In this document: in pieces, positions 1-10,545 of the stretch | Layout: each line of letters opens with the position of its first letter | Position numbering within the stretch: the stretch's first letter is position 1 | Assembly (NCBI GenBank): GCA_963851265.1 | Contig: CAWKNZ010000002.1 | Span: 992,001-1,056,000 of the forward strand | Reading direction: 5' to 3' | Source: an uncultured Gemmatimonadales bacterium | Lineage (GTDB): Bacteria > Gemmatimonadota > Gemmatimonadetes > Gemmatimonadales > Gemmatimonadaceae | Length of the DNA stretch: 64,000 nt | Program-made: the position numbers and the translations under genes | Notes under the pieces: model-generated | What the model saw: only the letters and a program-made list of their open reading frames with translations | Databases searched by the model: none | Told to the model about the DNA's origin: nothing

Positions 1-2
1 AG

Positions 3-251
3 GAACCGCCGGCGGCCGGACTCTCGTTCACAAACGGTTTGCGAACGGCGGTGAACGTGTACGTCCGCCCGGCGAGCGGCACCGAGATGTTCGTTCGCCA
101 GGTGCCCGCGGGCGCGACGGAGGCGCTGGTCGTGCGCGGCGTGAGTCCGGGCGCGCTCGTCTCGCTTCGCGCCGCGCCGGTCGACGGCGGGGCCACCTAC
201 AACCGCGACAACGTCGCGCTCGGCACGGGTGCGGCCTGGAGCATTCCCTGA
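3..251 (+). CDS. Hypothetical protein, C-terminal part (5' end lies outside the window)
   Basis: Frame is open from the window edge (EPPAAGLSFTNGLRTAVNVYV...WSIP*) with coding-like codon usage. Confidence 0.6.
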   Translation, partial: EPPAAGLSFTNGLRTAVNVYVRPASGTEMFVRQVPAGATEALVVRGVSPGALVSLRAAPVDGGATYNRDNVALGTGAAWSIP

Positions 252-483
252 TCCGCACTCGCGCGAGCGCAGGATCCGCCGCGGCGCGTCCGGGCGCCTC
301 GGCCGGCCTGCGGTTGCTCCGCGCCCGAACGCACGGCTAGCTTGGCGGGACCGGCGTACGGTCCGTACGCCGGCCCCACTCGCGTCCGCCCCGCTCCGTC
401 GTCCGCCCGCTCATCGAGCGCCCCGCGCGGGGCGCCCGCGCGCCGGTCATGGGTGGGGCGGACGCGCGTACACCGTGGTGGAC

Positions 484-1206
484 ATGCACCAGTCCTGGGA
501 ATGGATCAAAACCGTTTACCTGCGGATCATTGATCCACTCGCGGCCTGGCTCGTGCGGCACCGCGTCGGTCCGAACACGATCACGACGATCGGGACGCTC
601 ACGTACATCGTCGGCGGCGCGATCTACGCGAGCGGGCACATCCGGACCGCGGGCTGGTGGGTGGGCCTCACGGCGATGTTCGACGTCCTCGACGGTAAGG
701 TCGCGCGCGCGAGCGGCCGCAGCACGGTGTTCGGCGCGTTCTACGATTCGACGCTCGACCGCGTCGCGGACGGTGCCGTGCTCGGAGGACTTGCCGTGTT
801 CTTCGCCCGCAACAGCACGCTGCACGAGTTGCCGCACTGGGCCGGCACGCCGATGGTCACGGTCACCATCCTCGGGATCATCGGAACGTTTCTCACGTCA
901 TACACCCGGGCCCGCGCGGAATCGCTCGGTCTGGACGCGAAGGTCGGCCTCATGCAGCGGCCGGAGCGCGTCGTGCTCCTGTCCGCGCCGCAGGCGTTCT
1001 TCGGGCTGGCGCTGGACGGCTACGTGCTGATGGGCATCGTCGCGCTCCTGTGCGTCACGGCGTGGATCACGGCCGTACAGCGGGTGGCGTACGTTCACCG
1101 GGTGACGCGCGCGATCGACCGCGCGGTCGCCGCGGGAGAGCCGTCGCCGGTGCCCGTACCGCCGGCGCTCGCGGTCGCGCCGCGCGGTCCCGGGCAGCGG
1201 GCGTGA
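484..1206 (+). CDS. CDP-alcohol phosphatidyltransferase, phosphatidylinositol-phosphate synthase-like
   Basis: Family motif DVLDGKVARASGRSTVFGAFYDSTLD, plus SYTRARAE and RPER motifs typical of PIP/AIP synthases; hydrophobic helices; directly upstream of ino1. ATG 484 chosen over the Arg/Pro-rich upstream extension. Confidence 0.88.
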   Translation: MHQSWEWIKTVYLRIIDPLAAWLVRHRVGPNTITTIGTLTYIVGGAIYASGHIRTAGWWVGLTAMFDVLDGKVARASGRSTVFGAFYDSTLDRVADGAVLGGLAVFFARNSTLHELPHWAGTPMVTVTILGIIGTFLTSYTRARAESLGLDAKVGLMQRPERVVLLSAPQAFFGLALDGYVLMGIVALLCVTAWITAVQRVAYVHRVTRAIDRAVAAGEPSPVPVPPALAVAPRGPGQRA

Positions 1207-1275
1207 TCGACCGCTGCACCTGACGGACGACCGCCGACGCATCTACTTCTCCACACTTTCGCCGGTTCTCATACA

Positions 1276-2602
<1,327 letters not shown>

Positions 2603-2625
<23 letters not shown>

Positions 2626-3064
2626 GCGCCGCGCGGCGGCGCTCGCCCTCGGCGCCGTCACGGTGTTAGGCGCCGCGGCCGCCTGCGGTCCCTCGGGGCC
2701 GCCGGCGCTCCGCGCGTGGACGGACGCGTACGAGTTCCGCATCACCGCGGACCCGTCGCCGCCGCACGCGCGCGAGGCGACGCTCTACCACATCGTCGTG
2801 CTCGACAAGAAGTCGCACCAGGTGATCGACCGCGGCGAGGGCCAGATCTTCGCCACCAGCCAGGACCACGCGAACGTGTACGACTCGTTCACCCCCGCCC
2901 CGGAAGCGGGGACGTACACGGCGCGCCTGAACTTCATCACCGCCGGCGACTGGCACGAGGCCGTCCGGTTCCGCCGCGACTCGACCGCGAAGCTCGAGAA
3001 GACCGACGACTGGGTGCAGACCGTCTACGGCGCGCGCCCGATCGGCGAGCGCCCGATCCAGTAG
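2603..3064 (+). CDS. Hypothetical lipoprotein (YtkA/FixH-like beta domain possible)
   Basis: Basic N-terminus, hydrophobic stretch and lipobox-like AAAC; GTYTARLNFITAGDW resembles Ig-like YtkA segments. Confidence 0.7.
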
Positions 3065-3101
3065 GCCGGCACCACCGACCCGCCAATTTCGTTTCAGCGT
3101 C

Positions 3102-3395
3102 ATGCGCCATTTCCACCGCACGAGCGGGCCGCCGGACGGCGTTCTTCGGAACGCCGACGCGTTCTTTGCGGCGCTCGGCCTGTCCGCCACGAACGTCGCA
3201 CCGCGCGGTCGCGACTACGCCGGCCCACTCGGCGCGATGCGCATCGCGGTGCGGATGGAGGGCGGACACTACACGCTGGTCGAGGTCTACACCGACCAGA
3301 TGGGGGAGAGCCGGCTCGACAAGAACGTGAAGAAGTTCTTCGTCTCGCTCCACCGCGCTGCGGACGCGCGGCACGCGCTCAAGTCGGGCTTCTGA
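3102..3395 (+). CDS. Hypothetical protein (97 aa)
   Basis: Fills the gap between flanking + genes, has normal composition, and ends 8 nt before E1-alpha. Confidence 0.75.
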   Translation: MRHFHRTSGPPDGVLRNADAFFAALGLSATNVAPRGRDYAGPLGAMRIAVRMEGGHYTLVEVYTDQMGESRLDKNVKKFFVSLHRAADARHALKSGF

Positions 3396-3403
3396 CCGGG
3401 CCC

Positions 3404-4600
3404 GTGGCGACGCGTACCCGACCGCGCGCGGCCCGACGCGCGCAGACCGACGAGGCAGTGCCCGCGCCGGCGGCCGAGCCGTCCGCGGCGCTCTCGCGCG
3501 CGCAGCTGGTCGAGCTGTATTACTGGATGCGCCTCACGCGCACGCTCGAGGAGCGGCTCGTGGCCCTCTACCGCCAGACCAAAGTCGTCGGCGGGCTATT
3601 CCGCTCGTTGGGCCAGGAAGCCGACGCCGTGGGCAGCTGCTTCGCGCTCGAGCGGCGTGACATCATGTCGCCGCTCATACGCAATCTCGGCGCGATGCTC
3701 GTCAAGGGCGCGACGCCGGTCGAGGTACTCAAGCAGTACATGGCGAAGGCCGACTCGCCGACGCGCGGGCGTGAGCTGAACATCCACTTCGGCGACCTCG
3801 AGCGCGGGTTCGTCGGCCAGATCTCGCCGCTCGGCGACATGGTCCCCGTCATGGCCGGGGTCACGCTCAGCTTCAAGGTTCGGGGCGAGCCGCGCGTGGG
3901 GCTCGTCTACGTGGGCGACGGCGCGACGTCGACGGGCGCGTTCCACGAAGGGATCAACTTCGCGGCCGTGCAGGGCTGCCCGCTCGTCGTGATCGTCGAG
4001 AACAACGGGTATGCCTACTCCACGCCGACGAACAAGCAGACGCGGGCCGAGCGCTTCGTCGACAAAGCCGTCGGCTACGGCGTGCCAGGTGAGCGCGCCG
4101 ACGGCAACGACGTACTCGCCGTCTACTCCGCGACGAAACGCGCGGTCGACCGGGCGCGCGCCGGCGGTGGCGTTACGCTCGTCGAGCTCCTGACGTACCG
4201 CCGCAAGGGGCACGCCGAACACGACAACCAGAGCTACGTCCCGGCGGGGGAGATCGAGCGCTGGGCCGCGGACAACGATCCGATCGATCGCTACCGCGTC
4301 CGACTCACCGGCGAATTCGGGTTCGCGCCGACCGTGGTCGACGACGTGGACGCGCGCGTCCGCGTCGAGGTGGACGCCGCGACCGAGGTGGCCGAGGCCT
4401 CGCCATTTCCCGAGGCGCTCGACTGCCTGACCGGCATCTACGCCGAGCCCGCGGCCGAGCGACCGCTCTGGTTTCGCGAGGGTGTCGAGCGCGCGGTGGA
4501 ACGCAACGAGCGCGCGGACGGCTGGGGCACCTACGCGGGCGCACCGGCGGTCACCAACGGCCGCGCGCCGGAAACGCGCGTCGCGGCCGGCAACGATTGA
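3404..4600 (+). CDS. 2-oxoacid dehydrogenase E1 alpha subunit (pyruvate or branched-chain)
   Basis: TPP-binding motif GDGATSTG...ENNGYAYST; GQEA; YRRKGH. Confidence 0.93.
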   Translation: MATRTRPRAARRAQTDEAVPAPAAEPSAALSRAQLVELYYWMRLTRTLEERLVALYRQTKVVGGLFRSLGQEADAVGSCFALERRDIMSPLIRNLGAMLVKGATPVEVLKQYMAKADSPTRGRELNIHFGDLERGFVGQISPLGDMVPVMAGVTLSFKVRGEPRVGLVYVGDGATSTGAFHEGINFAAVQGCPLVVIVENNGYAYSTPTNKQTRAERFVDKAVGYGVPGERADGNDVLAVYSATKRAVDRARAGGGVTLVELLTYRRKGHAEHDNQSYVPAGEIERWAADNDPIDRYRVRLTGEFGFAPTVVDDVDARVRVEVDAATEVAEASPFPEALDCLTGIYAEPAAERPLWFREGVERAVERNERADGWGTYAGAPAVTNGRAPETRVAAGND

Positions 4601-5589
4601 TGTCAGCGCCCGCCGCCGAGATCACGTACCTCGAAGCGATCCGCGAGGCCCTGTTCGAGGAGATGGCGCGCGACGCCGACGTGCTCTGCTTGGGTGAGGA
4701 TATCGGGGCGTTCGGCGGCGCGTTCAAGGTCACCGAGGGCCTCCTCGCGCGATTCGGGGAATCGCGCGTGATCGACACGCCGATTTCGGAAATCGGCATC
4801 GTCGGCGCGGCCGCGGGCGCGGCGCACATGGGGATGCGTCCCGTGGTGGAGATGCAGTTCATCGACTTCATCGCCAACGCGTACGACATGCTCACCAACT
4901 ACGTCGCGACGGCACGCTACCGTGCGTTCCTGCCGTGCCCGATGGTGGTCCGCGGACCGAGCGGCGGGTACGTGCGCGGCGGCCCGTTCCATTCGCAGAA
5001 TCCGGAGGCGGGGTTCGTCCACACGCCCGGACTCAAGGTCGTCTATCCAGCGACCGCGGAAGACGCAAAGGGGCTGATGAAGGCGGCAATTCGCGACGAC
5101 GACTGCGTGCTGTTTTTCGAGCACAAGTACCTGTACCGTCGCGTCAAGGCCGTGATGCCCGCGGGCGATCACGTGGTGCCGATCGGCCGCGCGCGCGTCG
5201 CCCGCGAGGGGACGGACCTCTCGATCATCACCTACGCGGCGACGGTGTGGAAGGCCCTCGACGCGGCCGAGCAGCTGGAGCGCGAGGACGGGCTGTCGAT
5301 CGAGGTGCTTGATCTACGCACGCTTGCGCCGCTCGACGACGCAGCGATCCAGGCGACGGTGCGGAAGACGAACCGCGTGCTCGTGGTGCACGAGGACACG
5401 CGCACCGGCGGACTCGCGGGCGAGATCACGGCGCGCATCAGCGAGACGTGCTTCGAGTGGCTCGACGCGCCGGTGCTGCGCGTGACCGCGCACGACGTGC
5501 CGCTCCCGTACGCGCCGGCGCTCGAGGACTTCGTGCTGCCGCAGACCGCCGACCTCGTCCGGGCCGCGCGGCGGCTCGCCGCGTACTGA
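4600..5589 (+). CDS. 2-oxoacid dehydrogenase E1 beta subunit
   Basis: GEDIG, DTPISE, EMQFIDF, HSQ, FFEHK motifs; TGATG overlap with E1-alpha. Confidence 0.95.
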   Translation: MSAPAAEITYLEAIREALFEEMARDADVLCLGEDIGAFGGAFKVTEGLLARFGESRVIDTPISEIGIVGAAAGAAHMGMRPVVEMQFIDFIANAYDMLTNYVATARYRAFLPCPMVVRGPSGGYVRGGPFHSQNPEAGFVHTPGLKVVYPATAEDAKGLMKAAIRDDDCVLFFEHKYLYRRVKAVMPAGDHVVPIGRARVAREGTDLSIITYAATVWKALDAAEQLEREDGLSIEVLDLRTLAPLDDAAIQATVRKTNRVLVVHEDTRTGGLAGEITARISETCFEWLDAPVLRVTAHDVPLPYAPALEDFVLPQTADLVRAARRLAAY

Positions 5590-5596
5590 GCGGCGC

Positions 5597-5896
5597 ATGG
5601 CCCGAAACCCCGATGTGAAGCGCAACGCGGCAATCGGCTGCTTCGTCACGCCGTTAGGCTTCTTCAGCGGCGCGATGATCGGCGTCCTGCTCTCGATGGT
5701 CGCGGCGTACTTCACCCGCGCCCCAGGCTGCTCGGAGCTGCCCAGCTGCAACTGGTACGTGTACGCCGGCTACGGCGGGCTACTCGGCGCGGTTTCGCTC
5801 CCGTTCCTCGTGCTGCGGCAGCTGCTGCGGCCACCCGCCGACCCGTCGCGACGCGACGAGCCCGCGTCGGCCCCCGACGCCAACTCGTCGTTCTGA
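5597..5896 (+). CDS. Small two-helix membrane protein
   Basis: Two hydrophobic segments flank a CSELPSC loop; sits between E1-beta and E2. Confidence 0.7.
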   Translation: MARNPDVKRNAAIGCFVTPLGFFSGAMIGVLLSMVAAYFTRAPGCSELPSCNWYVYAGYGGLLGAVSLPFLVLRQLLRPPADPSRRDEPASAPDANSSF

Positions 5897-5938
5897 CCGC
5901 GCGGCGGCCGTTCGACTCCCTTACGTGAGGTTCCCGCA

Positions 5939-7381
5939 GTGGCACGCATAGACGTCATCATGCCCCAGATGGGCGAGTCGATCGCCGAGGGCACGCTCTC
6001 CCGGTGGCTCAAGAAGGTCGGCGACGAGGTGAAGCGCGACGAGGCGATGTTCGAGATCTCGACCGACAAGGTCGACGCCGAGATCCCGTCACCCTCGGCG
6101 GGGATCCTCGCCGAAGTGAGCGTGATCGAAGGGCAGACGGTCGCCGTCGGGACGGTCGTCGCGCGGATCGAGAGCGACAAGGCGGCGTACGTTCCGGGCG
6201 GGGCGGCGCCCGCTGCCGTGGGCGCCGCGGGCGCGGGGCTCGCGGCGACACCGGCCGCGGCGAGCGCGGACGCGGGCGCCGGCGGAGCCGCGGTGTGGAG
6301 CGGCGTCCCGGACGCAGCGGCGCCAGCATCAAACGGGAATTCGTTCGAGGACCGCGTGCGCACCAAGAGTTCGCCGCTGGTACGCAAGATGGCCGCGGAG
6401 CACGGAATCGAGCTCGGGGGGCTTCAGGGCACCGGTATCGCCGGGCGCGTGACGAAGCGCGACCTCGTCGGCCTGCTGGAGAGCGGCGCGGCGATGACGA
6501 CGGCGGCGCCCGGAACCTCGCCGGCAGCGGCCTCGGCAGCGCCCGAGGTGCCGGCGCAAGCCGCCGTCGCGAGCGCCGCGGTCACCGGCAAGGGCGCGAA
6601 CGGCGCCGCGGTACCGGCTGGCGCCGGCGCGCTCGCCGGAGACCTGCACGCGCCCGCGGTCGAATCGATGCCGGGCGACGTGGTCGAGCCGATGAGCCGC
6701 ATCCGCCAGCTCACCGCGGAGCACATGGTGCTCTCGCGCCGCTGGAACGCGCACGTCACGAGCTTCTTCGAGGTCGATCTGACCCGTGTCGCCCGCATCC
6801 GCGCCAAGCAGCGCAACGAGTTCGAACGGGCGACGGGCGAGAAGCTCACCTTCCTGCCGTTCATCATCAAGGCGGTCGTCGACGGTCTCAAGCAGTTCCC
6901 GACGATGAACGCCGCCGTGCGCGGCAACGAGATCGTGCTTCGCAAGCAGTACAACGTCGGCATCGCCGTGGCGCTCGACTGGGGGCTGATCGTGCCGGTG
7001 ATCAAGAACGCCGACGATCTCTCGCTCACCGGACTCACGCGCAACCTCAACGACCTCGCGAACCGGGCGCGGTCGAAGAAGCTGCAGCCGAACGAGGTGC
7101 AGGGCGCGACGTTCACGATCACCAATCCGGGCGTGTTCGGCTCCCTCATGGGCACGCCAATCATCCCAGTGCCCACGTCGGGAATCATGGGCGTCGGTGC
7201 GATCGAGAAGCGCCCGAAGGTCATCACCGGCCCGGATGGCGAGGACACGATCGCGGTGCGCACGTGCAGCTACTTCTCCAACTCGTTCGACCACCGGATC
7301 GTCGACGGCGCGGACGCCGACAAGTTCATGGCGTACGTGAAGAAGTCGCTCGAGACGTTCCCCGAAACCGGTCTCTTCTAG
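5939..7381 (+). CDS. Dihydrolipoamide acyltransferase E2 (one lipoyl domain)
   Basis: Lipoyl motif EISTDKVDAEIPSP, E3-binding SPLVRKMA...GTGIAGRVTKRD, catalytic DHRIVDG. Confidence 0.95.
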   Translation: MARIDVIMPQMGESIAEGTLSRWLKKVGDEVKRDEAMFEISTDKVDAEIPSPSAGILAEVSVIEGQTVAVGTVVARIESDKAAYVPGGAAPAAVGAAGAGLAATPAAASADAGAGGAAVWSGVPDAAAPASNGNSFEDRVRTKSSPLVRKMAAEHGIELGGLQGTGIAGRVTKRDLVGLLESGAAMTTAAPGTSPAAASAAPEVPAQAAVASAAVTGKGANGAAVPAGAGALAGDLHAPAVESMPGDVVEPMSRIRQLTAEHMVLSRRWNAHVTSFFEVDLTRVARIRAKQRNEFERATGEKLTFLPFIIKAVVDGLKQFPTMNAAVRGNEIVLRKQYNVGIAVALDWGLIVPVIKNADDLSLTGLTRNLNDLANRARSKKLQPNEVQGATFTITNPGVFGSLMGTPIIPVPTSGIMGVGAIEKRPKVITGPDGEDTIAVRTCSYFSNSFDHRIVDGADADKFMAYVKKSLETFPETGLF

Positions 7382-7399
7382 GCTCCGAGGGCGCTGCGA

Positions 7400-7729
7400 A
7401 TGCCGATCCGCACGATCACCGTGGGCGGGCGCGCCTGGCGCGTCCTGCCGTCCGGCTTCACGACCGCCAACGGCGACGACGAGCACGGCGTCCTGTTCAT
7501 CAACGGCGAGGGCGAGGCGCGCGAGGTGCGCGTGAGTCGCTTCTCGCCACAGGGCGTCCGCTCGCGCGAGCGCGCGCTCGCGGGGCTGAGCGACGCGTAC
7601 CTCGCGCAACTCCTGGCCGAGTCGCAGCCGAGCGCGACGGCTCCGGAGACGGGCTACCGCAAGAGTCCGCCGAATTCCGCCGCAGGCTCCACGCCGGGCG
7701 CCCCGCCCGGGACTCCGCCGCGCACGTGA
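7400..7729 (+). CDS. Hypothetical protein (109 aa)
   Basis: ORF between E2 and the PHP gene, with a GTGA overlap to the latter. Confidence 0.7.
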   Translation: MPIRTITVGGRAWRVLPSGFTTANGDDEHGVLFINGEGEAREVRVSRFSPQGVRSRERALAGLSDAYLAQLLAESQPSATAPETGYRKSPPNSAAGSTPGAPPGTPPRT

Positions 7730-8616
7730 GCGACGCGTCTCCTTCCGCGGCCGACGCCGCGGCGCCGGTCGACGACGTCGCGGGCACGGTCGACCTGCAT
7801 ACGCACTCGACCGCGTCCGACGGCGTGCTCCCGCCGGAGGCTGTGGTGTCCGCCGCGCACGCGGCGGGACTCGCCGCGATGGCGCTCACCGACCACGACT
7901 CGGTCGCCGGGGTCGCCGAGGCGCGCGCGGCCGGTGCGCGGCTCGGCGTCGACGTGGTCGCCGGGGTGGAGCTGTCCGCGCACCTCGGCGGCGACGAAAT
8001 CCATCTGCTCGCGCTGCATCTGTCCGACGTGAGCACGATCGCCGGCGAGCTCGCGCGCTTCCGTGACGACCGCGTCTCGCGCGCCGAACGAATGGTCGCG
8101 CGGCTCAACACCCTGGGCGTCCCCGTCACGATGGACGACGTGCTGCGGGAAGCGGGCAACGGCGCGGTCGGTCGCCCGCACGTCGCGCGCGCGGTGGTCG
8201 CGCGCGGCGGCGCGCTTGATGTGCGCGACGCGTTCGACCGATTCCTCGGGGACGGCCGCCCTGCGGCGGTCGAGAAACCCCGCCTGGACGTGCGCGACGC
8301 AATCGCACTCGCTCACGCCGCGGGGGGGATCGCGGTATGGGCGCACCCCGGCTCGGCCGGCCGCCGTGATCGCGTCGAGCCGCTGGTCGCCGCCGGGCTG
8401 GACGGGCTCGAGGTGCTCCACCCGCGGCACTCCGGTGAGGATCGGCTGCGCCTCAACGCACTCGTCGACTTCTTCGGCCTGGTCACCTCGGGTGGTTCCG
8501 ACTGGCACGGGCCGACGGACTCGTGGCGCACGCTCGGCATGATGCGCGTGCAGCCGTCGGTGCTCGAGGCACAGCGCGAGCGGGTCGCCCGGCGCACGAC
8601 GGCGCGCGCCGCCTAA
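7726..8616 (+). CDS. PHP-domain phosphoesterase (YciV/TrpH-like)
   Basis: DLHTHSTASDG, LTDHD, GRPH, AHP, GGSDWHG. The likely start is GTG 7726 within the track ORF 6004..8616. Confidence 0.92.
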   Translation: MSDASPSAADAAAPVDDVAGTVDLHTHSTASDGVLPPEAVVSAAHAAGLAAMALTDHDSVAGVAEARAAGARLGVDVVAGVELSAHLGGDEIHLLALHLSDVSTIAGELARFRDDRVSRAERMVARLNTLGVPVTMDDVLREAGNGAVGRPHVARAVVARGGALDVRDAFDRFLGDGRPAAVEKPRLDVRDAIALAHAAGGIAVWAHPGSAGRRDRVEPLVAAGLDGLEVLHPRHSGEDRLRLNALVDFFGLVTSGGSDWHGPTDSWRTLGMMRVQPSVLEAQRERVARRTTARAA

Positions 8617-8633
8617 CGGTCGCACACCCGCAC

Positions 8634-9362
8634 ATGGAACTGGCCGGACGGGTCGCGCTGGTCACCGGGGCCGGCCATCGCGTCGGCCGCGCACTTGCCG
8701 TCGCGCTCGGCGCGCGCGCGATGCGGGTGGCCGTCCACTACCGGAGCGATCCCGTCGAGGCCGCCGAAACGTGTCGCCTGGTCGAAGCGGCGGGCGGTCG
8801 CGCGGAGCCGTTTTCGGGCGACCTCGCCGAGCCGGCCGTACCGGGAACGCTGATCGCGGCCGTCGTCTCGCACTTCGGCGCTCTCGACGTGCTCGTCAAC
8901 TCGGCCGGTGTGATGGAGCGAACGCCCGTGGGAGAGGTCACGCCCGCGGCGTGGGACGCAATGTTCGCCGTGAACCTGCGCGCGCCGTTCTTCTGCGCGC
9001 AGGCCGCCGCGGCCGTGATGCCCGACGGCGGCGCGATCGTGAACATCGCCGATCTCGCGGCGCTCGAGACGTGGCCCGCGTACGTGCCGCACGGTATCAG
9101 CAAGGCCGGCGTGGTGCAGATGACGCGCGGACTCGCACGCGCACTCGCGCCGCGAATCCGGGTGAACGCCATCGCCCCTGGTACCGTCCTCCTCCCGGCG
9201 GGATGGGACGAGTCGAGCGGCGAGCGGCTGCGCGACACGACCCCGCTCCAGCGCAACGGCACCCCCGACGATGTCGCGCGCGCGATGCTCTACCTGCTCG
9301 ACGCCGACTTCGTGACCGGCGACCTGCTCGTCGTCGACGGCGGGCGGCACGTTCGCGTGTAA
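8634..9362 (+). CDS. SDR oxidoreductase, pteridine reductase/FolM-like
   Basis: TGAGHRVG, VHY, LVNSAG, RVNAIAPG, VDGG motifs. Confidence 0.88.
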   Translation: MELAGRVALVTGAGHRVGRALAVALGARAMRVAVHYRSDPVEAAETCRLVEAAGGRAEPFSGDLAEPAVPGTLIAAVVSHFGALDVLVNSAGVMERTPVGEVTPAAWDAMFAVNLRAPFFCAQAAAAVMPDGGAIVNIADLAALETWPAYVPHGISKAGVVQMTRGLARALAPRIRVNAIAPGTVLLPAGWDESSGERLRDTTPLQRNGTPDDVARAMLYLLDADFVTGDLLVVDGGRHVRV

Positions 9363-9570
9363 CGCAGCCCGCGTTCGAGTGGGCGGTGTCCAGCCGCGCG
9401 AGAACTGATTCGTAACGGATGCGTCAGTGCGGATGACGCCGCATCAAGAGCGCTGGCGCGAGCGCCGCAGACGGCGCATCTTCGCGCGCACGTGACGTTC
9501 CGGGCGGCTCGTGGCTCCGGTGGCCTACGCCGCCGGTCAGCCGTTTCTCAACCGTCGAGAGGGTTCAACG

Positions 9571-10338
9571 ATGGCAGGCTCCACGCCCATGCGGATGTGC
9601 GCGACCGTCGCATTGCTGATTGCGGGCTCCGCGGCGACGGCACGCGCCCAGGAGTATGAGCTGATCATGCAGGGCGCGCTGGACGGACGCTCGGGGATCA
9701 TGTCGGGCGGCACGATGACGCCGCTCTCGGGTTCGACGGAGTTCACGATCGAGGCGTTCTTCGATCGCGCGGGCCGGAACCTCGTCGCACCGGTCGGCAT
9801 GCCCGGGTTCGTCGCGTACACGCCCAGCTCGATCTTCCTAACGATGGGCGGTCGCACGTACACGGTCGACGCCTACGACGCGACGCATCCGACAGGCTTC
9901 TCGGTCGCGGTCTTCGACGGCACCACGCCGTTCGGGCCGCCCGGCCACTACGCCGTTGGAGTGATTCAGAATCCCCTCGCCGACGGGGCGGGGATCGTAG
10001 CAGACTACGTCGGCGCGTCGCCCGCGTTCATTCTCGGGTCGACCGGGGTGGTCCCGGCGACCTTCACCGGGTACTTCGGCGTCGGACTGCAGAGCGGCGT
10101 GTGCACGCAGGGTTCGGGCGGTAACTGCCAGGAGAACGCGGTCACTCCGGTTCCACTGACGTGGTCGGGCCAGAGCTTCGGCCTCGTCCTCGGCAACTAC
10201 GACGAGGACGCGTCGCCGACGACGCCGACGTACACCGCGAGCATCCAGGCCGTACCCGAGCCGGGTGCCGTCGCCCTCGTCGCTGCCGGGCTGCCCGCGG
10301 TGATCATGCTGGCGCGGCGGCGGTCACGGCGCGGCTGA
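9571..10338 (+). CDS. PEP-CTERM sorting-domain exported protein
   Basis: N-terminal signal peptide (ATARA-Q) and C-terminal VPEP + hydrophobic helix + RRRSRR; GAGAGG precedes ATG 9571. Confidence 0.88.
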   Translation: MAGSTPMRMCATVALLIAGSAATARAQEYELIMQGALDGRSGIMSGGTMTPLSGSTEFTIEAFFDRAGRNLVAPVGMPGFVAYTPSSIFLTMGGRTYTVDAYDATHPTGFSVAVFDGTTPFGPPGHYAVGVIQNPLADGAGIVADYVGASPAFILGSTGVVPATFTGYFGVGLQSGVCTQGSGGNCQENAVTPVPLTWSGQSFGLVLGNYDEDASPTTPTYTASIQAVPEPGAVALVAAGLPAVIMLARRRSRRG

Positions 10339-10375
10339 GCGGTTCGCGCCGGCGCGACCAGACCGGCGCGTGACG

Positions 10376-10415
10376 GCGCGCGCGGCGGCCCGCATGAGGG
10401 GGCCGCCGCGCGCGC
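10376..10415. terminator. GC-rich stem-loop after the PEP-CTERM gene
   Basis: 16-bp perfect inverted repeat gcgcgcgcggcggccc / gggccgccgcgcgcgc with an 8-nt loop; no U-tract. Confidence 0.55.
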
Positions 10416-10545
10416 GTGGTCGACTCGATGTCGTGAACTGCTCTCGGCCGCGCGATGGGATCTCCGCGCACTTTCGGGCCTAGATTACGGGCAGCAACGC
10501 GGCCGCCCCGCTGTTACAGCCCGGCCGCCCACGACAGGAGATCCA

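Noticed and set aside
6004..7725. N-terminal 574 codons of the 870-aa track ORF 6004..8616
   Set aside because: Arg-rich shadow frame over E2; only the PHP domain from GTG 7726 is credible.
9454..9469. Sigma-54 promoter upstream of the PEP-CTERM gene (TGGCGCG-N4-CCGCA)
   Set aside because: The -12 element lacks TTGC, and GG-N10-GC matches are frequent at this GC content.
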